From Antedon mediterranea (lineage: Eukaryota > Animalia > Echinodermata): DNA of 64,000 nt. The notes beneath the pieces are model-generated. The model saw only the letters and a program-made list of their open reading frames with translations. It searched no databases and was not told the origin of the DNA. Shown one piece after another: positions 11,916 through 24,500 of the stretch. Location: assembly GCF_964355755.1 (NCBI RefSeq), contig NC_092670.1, positions 32,414,388-32,478,387 of the forward strand, given 5' to 3'. How positions within the stretch are numbered: position 1 is the stretch's first letter; the number at the start of each line of letters is the position of its first letter. Position numbers and translations under genes: made by a program.

Positions 11916-13655
11916 AAATTTGTATTGCTAGATTTTAAGATTTATATATATTTTTATATGGTATAGTTTATTCCATTCTGTAAGGGGCGGGTTTCCCGCT
12001 GTTGAATGAGTTTGAATAAAATTAAAATAAAATAAATAAATTAAACCGTTTCATTTTGTATATAAAGTACATTCCCTTATTAGCCTTGGTACGGAGTTCT
12101 TTAGTGTATCTATCTAGAGTTTATTAAAGCACGAAACGACATAAGTGATAGCGAAATAGACTATTTGTGGTTTATTCCCGGTTATTTGGAAAGATAGGAA
12201 AGATAGTCAAATACTAAAGTAGGAAAAGGGAACGAAACGACTTAATAATAGAGTGAGATGTGCCACAGGTGGACTAACCCCGCCAGTCCTCCTACTACCA
12301 ACAAAAGTCACAGGCCTAGGCCTAAAAATTAATACTAGCTATAGCTACATCGTCTGTCCTACAAGCTTACCAAAATATACAAATGTTTTCGTGCGATATA
12401 CTGTATTATTAAGTACATACAAACCAGGGAGTTGTAAAATTATTTTACAACTCCCTGTACAAACCTTTTATCGAACATCGATGGTAGTGTAATAAATACT
12501 GCGAATTGGCCTACAGAAAAACAAATCTTCACGCCATGCAAAGTTTAAAGTCCACACTACGTTACAATGTAAACATTACGTCACCGCGTACCTAGGCAAA
12601 ATAGTAAATATTCATAAGCAATACTTTGTCAATGGAGTTGGATGATTTTTTAAAGAATCGTACCCTCTGTTTTGACTGAATTAAACAAAAAACCAATCAC
12701 CTAATATTAGATGATTCACTTTTTCCACAACGCGCAAAGTCATCAAATGTTCAAAAACAACTTTAAGTGATAAACAAAAGGCAGTGTTGTAGGAATTTAG
12801 GTGATAAGAAAGTGAGGTACTAAAATACATTGAAATATACTTCACAAAAATACAGTCAAAATAATACTAGATACACTATGTACAGATTTAATAAACATTT
12901 TACTTACGAAATAACATTGCGGGAAAAAATATATGAGTACGAAATTGTGACGAAAAGCTCCTAAGTTTCAAAAAGGGAGTTTTAAAATTAATTATATACA
13001 ATCGTTTATTCTCCATACAGTATGAAAGTAGACCATATACAGGGAAAAAAAAGATTTACCTCGTATTCAAGACAATTTAAGAGACAGATAAACATTGTAT
13101 ATTATCAGTTCTAAATAATTTTGATTTTTTTTAAAGATGTATTGTCCCTTAAAACAGAAAAAATGAAGGTCAAAATATTCTAAATTTAAATTGGCCATAT
13201 CAAAGGAGTAATATTAAAGTTATTCACTTTAAGTCGAAAATTCGAGCCAAAAACAAGTTTACGAAATTAACAGGTAAATTAGTTTGATTACATTTCGTCT
13301 GGAAAATCGTCACGAGCGAAAGTAAACAAATATTTCAAACCACGAGTATGCATTATGCCTGATATGCTAATTAGGATTGTTTACAACTCGTCACGGTTCA
13401 GAAGGTGTTTTCACACAGATCGCGAGGAAGTTTTATGATTATGCATACAGAGTAGCCAAACAAGCGCATCGCATTATGGAATATGTTTTGATCAAAAACT
13501 TTACTGGAAGTCAAAGTTATTTTTTGAACAAAAAAACGTCTTTATTTCAGTTAAATGATTTTTTTTTAGAATAACGTAATTATTACGTTATTAACATTAT
13601 ACTTTAAACAAAATCATTTCAGCATTTCACTCATAGGCCTACAATTCTTTGTTTT

Positions 13656-16608
13656 TCATAACCGAAATAAGAAATCTGTAACCACTGATGGCATATAGCT
13701 CAATGGTATAAAATATAACTTTGCGTCATAACCAACGCTGTAACGTTTCTTTGGGTATTTTGCCGTCAACGCATGTTCCATAGAATTCACAACTTTACCC
13801 GTGTCCCTGGAAGGTAACGAATCCAAAGATTTGCTTACTCTGGCAATTCCTGAAAAAAAAATAGATAAAGATAGAGCATATCTAGTTGGCATTAGGCAGT
13901 TAGTTATCTGTACAGTATGTGTTTTATTTGATCTGTCGTTTGTAAAAATGCTATAGAATCTCGCAATCCATTTCAAATCTTGGTCATTAACCCATTCTTT
14001 GTTCTAAAGCTCTGCCTACACTATCAAACTAGTTCGAAGAAAAAAGTGTGACATGCCCAAATATGGTAGTGATATGCCCAAATATGGTAGTGATATGCCC
14101 AAATATGCAGGTAATGATATGACATGATCATGTCCATATATGGGCACATCATCATCACATTTTATAGTGTAGACAGTGCTTTAAACATGCAACCCTGACT
14201 ACATGTTCTTTTCGTATACTCGCATTATGTTTTTTTAAAGTTTGTTAGCGATGCGACATCTGCGTGATTTTAAATGGAAAGGAACACTTATATTCCCGCT
14301 CTCATATATTCCCTTTATCACCCATCATATTTCAATAGGCCTACAATAAATTAAACAGACCAATGACAATTTAGACTTTGGTGGTTCTTGAATGCGATTG
14401 AAAACGTTTAAAACTTACTACTTTCTAGAACTTCCTGGCCACCAAATTCTTGTCTAGTTTCTGGACTTAGCTCGGCCCACTTAGCCCTCACTGGAGCAAA
14501 AAAGCCATCTGTGAGAGACGTCCTAAAAAAGCCTGGTTCAATTATGCAAACCGATATTCCAAATGCTTTCAACTGTACTCTTGAAAAAAAAGGGTATTAG
14601 CATTCATTAGAAATAAATAATAAAACAATAATATTCGTAAAAAGAAAACCATTTTGCCATAGCTATCCTGTAGCAGATTCGAAGCGGTGGTACATAACAG
14701 AAATTGAGACGTAGGGCCAATTTACACGGACGAGCGGTAACGTTAAGAGGAAATCCGCGTAGCGTACCCAACGTAGAAATTGTATCTATCCTGAGCGGAA
14801 ACCGCCCGTCCGCTCCGCGTTTTGTGTAAATGGTCATAAGGAATAACATAGATTACCATTACCGCTCTTCTGTGTAAACTGGCTTTTATGATAAGTCCAA
14901 GTAAGTAGGCCTACTTGACCTACCATGTTTAATGGGGTAGTTATTATAATATATCTTTATGGAATTGTGTATACAGATGCATAGTGAATTTTCTTGTAGC
15001 CTGTTATTAGTGTTAACTGAAAGTATAAATTATCTAATTATTTTTTATTATTAATTGTTTTCAATTCCTCTAGCAATTACTTCTTTTCTGCTACTTTTTT
15101 TCAACGCCTACTCATCTTTGCCCGGAGCTCACTTTTAAGATTACCACCTTTATTGTTGTTAACAAACCTTATTTCGTCGGAAAAACACTCAACACCAAAT
15201 TTAGAAATACAGTATCCGGCCTCTGGCATAACAACCCTGCCGCAGATACTTGCTACATTCACTATTCTGCCTCTTCCCTGCTTCAACATGGGGGTAAACA
15301 CCTTTGTTACGTCAATCAAGCCAAATAAGTTTACATCGAGGACCCTTTTGTATTCGTCCCTACTCCACCACTCCATAGCTCCACCATATCCAGTGATTCC
15401 TGCATTGTTTACAAGCCCCCACAAACCTGAAATATAGTTGTTTAAACTGATTATACTTTTCATAATGTGTATGAGTTTATTTTGCAAAACTTAACTAAAT
15501 TAAATAGTTTATGACTATTTCAATTCATAATATTGTAGTAACAGAACTTCATTTTCAAAGTCCAAACAAAACAAGAAAATTCTTGAACATGAAATTAACC
15601 GGACTTTGTTGCGACCAACAGTGGTTTATATACAGTCTCCTATGGGGACACCCCTATATTAAGTGGACACTTTCACGTGAAACGAGGGGAAAAAGAATAC
15701 TTGAACAATACAGTCAACTCCTATTCATATCAGGGGACACCCCTATTAAGGGTTTGAGTGTGCCAAATAGTTGATTCAACCCTACCTACATTAGGGGACA
15801 ATATTTGTTTTTCAAAAACAACAAAAAAGACCAAATAATCATATTCATTTATATCGTTATTAATACAAAAATTGAAATCATAAAAATTATGATACTTTCT
15901 TTGATTTAACATTTCTTCTAAATTTCGTAAATTCAGATCAATTTTTTTACGCGAAACCACTATTATAAAGGAAACAATTTGGTTTTCGGTTAGTGCCTCT
16001 TGAATAGGGGTTATAGCCTTATTAAGGGAAAAATTTGGTTTTTGGTTAGTTCACTCTGAATAGGGTACCCTTATTAAGGGCAAAATTTGGTTTTTGGTTA
16101 GTGACCCTGATTATGGATACCCTATTTAGGGGAAAATGTGTTGGATATAGAAGTTCTCTCCTTATTGGGGTACAGTATCTACTTACTGTATATTCGCGTC
16201 TGGTTTCCGGGGTTACAAGAAGGCCTACATCTTTAATTATAATTTATTGCTTTTCTTTATTTAATTTTTTATATTTAATTCAAACTTGCCTTCTGACTTT
16301 GGAATGACCTCTCGTACTTTATTCAGTGCCTCCTGAACACTGCCATGATCTGCAACATTCATTAATATCGCTGATGACCGTTGCGATAGTGATGATCCCA
16401 GCTCATTTCTTGCCTTCTCGGTCAGACACGATGCGATCACGTGTATCCCCTTCCCATCTAATTGTATTGCCAGCTCGTTGCCAAAGCCAGAGTCGCACCC
16501 CGTTATAAGCACATACTTGTTGCTTAAGTTTGATATTTTTGGTATACGGAAAAGAAACTCAACTAACCAAATTAGTAAACATACACCAATAAAAATATAC
16601 AAAATCAT
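13656..16608 (-). CDS. SDR9C-family retinol/steroid dehydrogenase-like, copy B, about 310 aa
   Basis: Exons 16608-16290, 15426-15168, 14579-14419 and 13849-13656 (933 nt). Same motifs as copy A, ending DFLFRL*. GC donor at 16289. Confidence 0.92.
14008..14180. mobile_element. PIF/Harbinger-like MITE family (other copies 40370-41066 interrupted, about 46604-46720 partial, 52133-52290)
   Basis: TIR agctctgtctacactatcaaact...atagtgtagacagagct with TAA/TTA flanks and internal atgcccaaatatggtagtgat repeats. Empty site ttctaaaacatg in SDR copy A (about 4863). Confidence 0.85.
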
Positions 16609-18542
16609 TTCTGAAAAATAAATATTAAAATCAAATTACTTTTTATTAAAAATAATAGAACGCTATATTTATTGTAATAGTAGGGCCTATAAGCTTAGTA
16701 TCTAGAGTATTAAGGCACAAAATGACATAGTTAATAGTGAGATAGCCTACAGGTGACTTTAGTCCATGAGGGTAAAATAGTAGACAAAAGGAACGAAACG
16801 ACCTAATAATATAATGAAATATGCCACAGGTGTACTAACCCCGCCAGTCCTTCTACTAGCAACTAAGTCACAGGCTTAGGCCAAACAAATAATACTTCGG
16901 CTAGCTACATCATCTGTCCTATGAACTTAACAAAATGTACAAATGTTTTCGTGCGATATACTGTATTATTAAGTACATACAAACCTTTTATTGAACATCG
17001 ATGGTAGTGTAATAAATACTACGGGGAATTGGCCTCTATACTAATAAGGCTACAGAAAAACAAATCTTCACGCCATGCAAAGTTTAAAGTCCACACTACG
17101 TTACAATGTAAACATTACGTCACCGCGTAATAGTGAATATTCATAGGCAATACTTAGCCAATGGAGTTGGGTGATTTTTTAAAGAATCGGACTCTCTTTT
17201 TTTGCGTACTAAAACTACTAACCACTGAATTAAACAAAATTAAACATTAAATATTAGATGATTAACTTTTCCACAACGCGCAAATTCATTTAAAGTTCAA
17301 GTGATAAGAAAGTGAGATAGTTCTACTAATAATAATATAGTCCAAAATACATTGAAATATACTTCACAAAATAAAGTCAAAATAATACTAGATACACTGT
17401 GTAGAGATTTAATAAACATTTTACTTACGAAATAACATTGCGGAAAAAAAATAGTACGAAATTGTGAAAAGCTCCTAAGTTTCAAAAAGGGAGTTTTAAA
17501 ATTAATTATATAGGCCTACAATAGTTTATTATCCATACAGTACGAAAGTAGGCCATACATTTTTTATTAGAAAAAAAAAAGATTTACCTCGTAATCAGCA
17601 TGCACAATTTAAAACAATTCCTGATATTAATGTAGACCCATAATAATATATATGTAGGCCTATACATTTGTATTACATTACTACGACTATAGTCGTAAAA
17701 CCACACGTTAGCGCACTTTTTAGAAGTATTTTAGAGGGTGGGTTCAGTTATTAGGAGTAGGTCTAAGGAATTTTTTTATTTAACTCTATGAATCATCTTG
17801 TATTTTTATTTTTGTATATTTTTGTATTGTTTTTAAGAGGGTCTTTTCATGTCAGCCACTGCTGTAATACGGTAAGCCTACATGTTGGAGCTAACCTCTG
17901 TAAAAACAAAGTTGAATAAATAAATAAATTTGATGATTAGGGTAATTGGTAGTAGTACGACTGTAACATTAGTAGAATTTGTTTAGGCCTATTATTGAAA
18001 TGTTTTATCAACATTCTAGCTGATAATTCCCTTCGTAAGCACAATGGGAGCGGAGAGGGGATCAGCAAAAGTGCCGGGCGCATTATATTGGAGCTGGAGC
18101 TGATACTTCTGTTCTTGACTTCAATTATGATGCAGGTGTTCTCTCCATGATTAAACGTATTCTCTCCTAAACTGACCACCCTCTTTATAATGAATACACT
18201 TTCTTCCCAAATATTCGTATCCGTCAACCTTGTAGTCGTACTAAACGGTATAACAAATCTTTTGTTCCTCAATCGATTGCTACCCCTTGCTACTTATAAT
18301 AAACATGTTTCAAGATAATCTGCCTCTGATGGCGAAAACACCTGGATCATAATTTTGAAATTTTGAAATATAAATAAATTGTTATTGTATATACAAATTA
18401 TTTTTATCTTTTAAATATTGTCTGTACTTTTTTTAGATTGTTTTTAACATTGTAGATGTATTTTATTTTTATATAAATTAGACCAATAACAGATGAATTG
18501 AATTGGTACTAACGTTTTTATGAATGAAAGGGCCTAACAAAG

Positions 18543-21500
18543 TTAATCTGAGTTAGTCTCCTGCGTCATAGAAATCCTAATGGTAGAGCCAGTTGACGGT
18601 GGATTATTGCTGCTAGGCCTACTGTTAGAGCTTGTTAAATGTAACGCGCCTTGCATATTATGTGGTGTTGGTTTGATATTGTCTTTAACTGATATTCGTT
18701 GAGATTGGGATCCAATCTCACTTCGCATAGTGTGAATTAGAGGTTTACATAATGTGCGTTCACACTGAGAATTACCACTGTCGCATTGATTTAGATTAGT
18801 ATTAATAATCGGGTTAACTAATATGTTTTCGCAGTGGGAAGTTTCGCCTTGTTTATAAGTATGAATTAGAGGTTTAACTGATATCCGTTCACACTGAGAA
18901 ACACCACTGCCGTGTCGATTTAAAGTCTGAAGACCCGGTTTGATTGGTAAGCTTTCACACTTTGAAGATCTACTATCGCCTCCTTTATTGATGAATGGTG
19001 GTTTAATTGATATGCGTTCACACTCAGGAATACCACTGTCACCTTGATTTAGCTTAGCTTGATATGATGCTTTAGACATGCGTTCACATTGGGCTAAACC
19101 ACTTTCACTTCGAAGGCTTTGTTGTACAGGCGGAGGAGAATCTGTGTTGCTGACTGCAGCTTTTGACCAGGATAAACACCTGTTTACATGTCGCTTTTGG
19201 TCAGTTCTACTGTCATCGAATGAGGGCGACACCTTAGCTGTACTAAATCGATTGACCTTCGTCTAAAAACAATAAATTTGATTTGCGTCATAATAAAAGT
19301 CGTCACATTAAAATACAAAAACGTATGTTTTACAAAGTAAAATAGTATTTTTTATAAATAATGTTATCAATAGTTACCATTACGATACCATTACGATAAT
19401 TTAATCGAGTTGTGTACCGAAATACAGCAATCTATTACTATTTTGATAGATTTAATATACGTGTATACAAATGTATTGATTTGCGATGAATGGAACATTA
19501 TATATTATTTGGTTTAACACAAGTAGGTACATTTTATAGGCCCTTGGAAAATAAACTTAAAACCATAAGATATTGCAATACTTTGATAATACTGTAAATA
19601 CGTATTAACCACTTTTGGTCGCCACTTGAAGCGCAAATTTCTGTGAGTGTTGGTAGGCCTACTGTTAGATATAATAATAAACATATATACAAATAAACTT
19701 TATTACTGACAGTTGCTTTTAATGTTTAAATGTTGTTTCGTGTAAAAAATATTTAAAAAAAAAAACACGTGCGTCGGCCGGGAATCGAACCCGGGACAAT
19801 TGCTTGGAAGGCAACTATGTTAATAACCACTACACCACCGACGCCACATAAAGTAAAAAAGCTAATATTTATACTTGTTTAAACACGTGGCAGTTTTGTT
19901 GTGACGCGTTATTCAAGACTCCCTGTAAAGTTTGTCACCAAAGAGAATTGAAGGCCGTTGTAATATTTGTTCGTTTATCAAATAAACTTCCTGTTAATTA
20001 GTTTATTTCGTTGTATTATTTTATAGGATATAATCAATTACAAAAATATGTTTGATTAGTAAATTGATAAAATATTGCGAATGAAATTCGAACTTTTTAA
20101 GCAATTATAAAATTTAAACTTCGTTTGAACATTTTACCCTTGTGTTGTACCGAGTAGGCATAGGCCTACTAGAAGGTCTGAGGAAAAAAAAGGGTAGGCC
20201 TATCTTAGGCCTACACCTTGCAATACAGTAACTCATCAAGAGGAAAATGTACTTTATTTTATGTTCCTCTGTCCAGCTATCTCTAACACACACTAACTAA
20301 CACTAATACAATAGATAGACAAATAGAAACATGCACGATTTAATCTATACATAATTTTACGTATTGGAAAGTTCGGTAAAGTGCGCCGCGTTACTTTTCT
20401 AGAATTTTTACTCGATGGAATAAGTTAGTTCGCTACTGATTTAACCACCTAACGTAACCCTGTTTACTAATTAAGTTGAGTTAGATAATTAGTTATTGAC
20501 AATTAAAACGAATTTAGGTACAACGATTTGCTACAAATAGGATGTTTTCCGATTTGGCACTGTCTAATCAGGGAGATGTATTTACATCTCCCTGGTCTAA
20601 TGGATGCTCACCTTCAAAAATACTCGCACACAATAATACGAGGGTGCTTCGCATTTAATTGTTTTTATTAGCTAAAAACCGGTCAAACAGCATATTTTAA
20701 TATAGAAATAAACTTTATTACTGGCAATTGCTTTAATATTTAAATTTTGATCCATGTAAAAAATATTTTTTAAAAAGACGTGCGTCGGCCGGGAATCGAA
20801 CCCGGGACAATTGCTTGGAAGGCAACTATGTTAACCACTACACCACCGACGCCACATAAATGTGAAAGTAAAAAAGCTAATATTTATACTTGTTTGAATA
20901 CGTGGCAGTTTTGTTGTGACGTGTTATTCAAGACTCCCTGTAAAGTTTGTCACCAAAGGAAATTGAAGGCCGTTGTAATATTTGTGTATTAGTTTATTTC
21001 GTTGTATTATTTTATAGGATATAATCAATTACAAAAATATATTTGATTAGTAAATTGATAAAATATTGCGAATGAACTTTTTAAAGCAATTATGAAATTT
21101 AAGCTTCGTTCGAATACGTAACCCTTGTGTTGTACCGAGTAGGCCTACTAGAACTTAGAAGGTCTGAAGAAAAAAGGGTATCTTAGGCCTACATTTTGAA
21201 ATACAGTAACTCATCAAGAGCAAAATGTGCTTTATTTTATGTTTCTCTGTCCAGCTATCTCTAACATTATACAGCTTAGAATACATAGACAATCAAAAAC
21301 ATGCACGGGCAAAATTCGGTAAATTGCGCGTTATATAAAGTTGGTTTTATTTATTTATCAATTTAATAATCAAACATATTTTTGTAATTGATTATATCCT
21401 ATAAAATACTAAATAAACTAATTAACAGGAATTTAATTTGATAAACGAACAAATATTACAACGGCCTTCAATTCCCTTTGGTGACAAACTTTACAGGGAG

Positions 21501-24500
21501 TCTTGAATAACACGTCACAACAAAACTGCCACGTGTTCAATTCAAACAAGTATGAATATTAGCTTTTTTACTTCCACATTTATGTGGCGTCGGTGGTGTA
21601 GTGGTTAACATAGTTGCCTTCCAAGCAATTGTCCCGGGTTCGATTCCCGGCCGACGCACGTGTTTTTTTAAAACATATTTTTTACATGAATCAACATTAA
21701 ACATGAAAGCAACTGAGTTTGGGAAGGTCTACTGTTAGATTATAAACACATAATATACAAATAAACTTTTTTACAGACAGTTGCTTCTAAACGTATTAAT
21801 TATTAATTACAAAAAATATAAACGTCGATAGTGATGTATCGTTACATGTACTTTACTATTTCAATCGACTAAAGCAGTGACTGTTTTAACTAAGCATTCA
21901 ATCGCAAATATTTTACTGTATTTAGTGGTATATTATTTATAGTCCTATAAAACATAAAAACAATATTTCGTTACTAAGTAGATAAAAATATATTTAAAAA
22001 TTGTTCCTCTTTGTACCTATCTTCTTCACCATCCCTCAACCCTAATGTTATATAGGGGCCTACCAAATACAAGCAGGGTTTTTCTAAATGAGCCCAACTC
22101 AAAAATTTGGACTCATTTTGTGAAAAGTTTATCTTTCGGAAGTAATTCCCAGGGTGCTAATTTTAGTTGACTACATAAATCATCGTGTCTAATTATTCGT
22201 TTCTGTAGGCCTAAACGAGAATGTATTATAGTCCTGCGGTACGTACATTTAAAATCGCGCTGAAATTACTGTCTATTCGAGAACCATCTGTGGGCACGAC
22301 GTAGATGGCAATGCGAGCGTACCATCTAGTTCAAAACAATTATTGTAAACGGAGCGGGGCATCCTCGTATTATTGTGTGCGGGTTTGTTTCAGCGTCACC
22401 AACCACATTCGAAAAAAAAACCTTATTCGGGACAAATCATTTAACCTAAATTCGTTATCGTAAATAACTAATTATCTAACTGTTTAGTAAACAGGGTTAC
22501 AATGTGGTTAAAATCAGTATCGAAAGTATGTATCAACGTTCTATACCATTGAGTAAAATTTCTAGAATTTACTCTGCTACCGAATTTTACCCGTTACGTA
22601 AATTTTATAATTTCTACTATCATAATACTGTTTTTATACTATTTTTTTTATTTCAGCATAAAAAATGTAAGGACATTTACTTTACACAAAAATCCGTTCG
22701 CGTATAGCATTTAAATAATTCTACAGCAGTTTTCGTTTTAGGCCTACTTGAAAATTAGGCCTTCGAAATCATTCTGACCCACCTTTAGGTTAGTAGACAC
22801 CGTTCGTGTACTCTGAGTCGAGCTGTTGGTAAAACTCGAAGAACTCGTGTCACTCGAAATTTGACATCTCTTTTTATTTCGCCTGCTTCTTTTTTTACGT
22901 GACGACGTTTCTTCAACTCGAACATGTTGCAAAATCTGAAACATTTGCAAAAATTCTTAGATACTCCCAATAATGTATGCAAGCTTACTTAAAATTACAT
23001 TTTATATTACTTCAAGGCCTAAGTTTTGCAAAATATAAGAAGTGTGATAAAATACACTCACCTTGTGTTCTAACACTGTATTTCGTGACTTCTGTTTACG
23101 GGGATGAATTTTACTTCGCTCACCTCGTAGCTTGCCTGCTTTCTCTGACCTCGTGAAGTTGATACTGTTGGTCCGTGAGCGCATGCTTCCACCGCGTCGA
23201 TAGCATGCGCTATCAGCGGTATCATCGCATGTCGTTACGCCGGTCGACGTGTTTGAAGAGTCACCCGTGCATATAGTGGATGAACCGAAGGAATTTCTAC
23301 GGAAGTTTAGCTGCGTATATAAAAGTTTATAAATGTCAAACCCTCAAGATGAATGCAGTTTGTTTGATAACATACACAATTTTTATGAATATGAAAAATC
23401 GAAAAATTTACCCCGATTTTGTTGTGTGAACAGAATGTTGCGGACCGAAAAGTATCGCTATGACTAAGTCGACGTCCCATAGATGAAGCCGTGGGACCAC
23501 ACCTCTGAGTTGACGTCATGGTGGTAATAGGTAGAAAGTGATTAGTACCAAGGCGATTGGTCCGTGATTCACACTAAAAGAAATGAAAATTATTTATAGT
23601 TTGAAGATTTATTGTCCCCCTGAAAAATAATTATTACACATTTTTTTTAAATATACCATTTTAATGTCACATAATAGTTATCCACTTTGATCAAAAATTA
23701 GATCGAAAAAAAATGTATTTACCTGAAAAAACTGTAATTTAAAGCAACAAATAGTCAAATTGGCTGCCAGCCAATGGATTTTTTGGTTGAAGGTTGGTAG
23801 AATAAATGGTTAACCATTTGTTTTGCCATTTTATAAGTGAAAACATTTTTGTTTTCTACGGAAGTGATTAACTTTATTAAAACTACAAAATAACCTATTC
23901 AAAGTCTGATTTAATTAATCTTTATTTTTCATGTTTTTGGGGGACAATACATCATTCTCTTTAATATTAGAAATGAAATTTGAAATGAGAAGATTACTTA
24001 AAATTCAAACATTGATGGATATAAAAAATAAAAGATCACCATGGTTCGATGATAAATAGCTCAAGAAGATTAATTTTTTTATAAATTTAGTTTAAGGTTA
24101 ATTTTTTTGGATTTGTCATCGGATTTTGTGTTACAGCCCAAACGTACATTCCGGGCTCTGACGTCATACGCCGCCACCTAGTAGTATCGTTGAGAACCAC
24201 CATGCACTTAATAATGGTACTACGCGTTCGAGATAAGAGTGACGAGACTTCTTTTCAGGATTGAATCTAGATTTACACAATATCGGAACATTAATTTTTT
24301 AATGCTAAAGAAGAAAAGCTATTTTCGATTACACTTTTTGGCGTTATGGACCTGACAATCACGACATTACAGACTTGACATTTTAATGGAATTAATTGTG
24401 CCCGCCGCGTACTTGTACTACTGTATTATGTAATTGTATTTAAACGGATGGATTTTAATAATGGTGTCATTAAATACGTATATACGTATATATAATCCCA

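Noticed and set aside
8764-16508. Plus-strand ORFs at 8764, 9959, 11050, 15153 and 16326
   Set aside because: Antisense shadows of the SDR exons.
17937-18345. 111-aa minus-strand ORF and acceptor-like site downstream of the GPCR stop
   Set aside because: No recognisable motif and no supported in-phase donor from the upstream exon; could be 3' UTR or an alternative exon, unresolved without RNA data.
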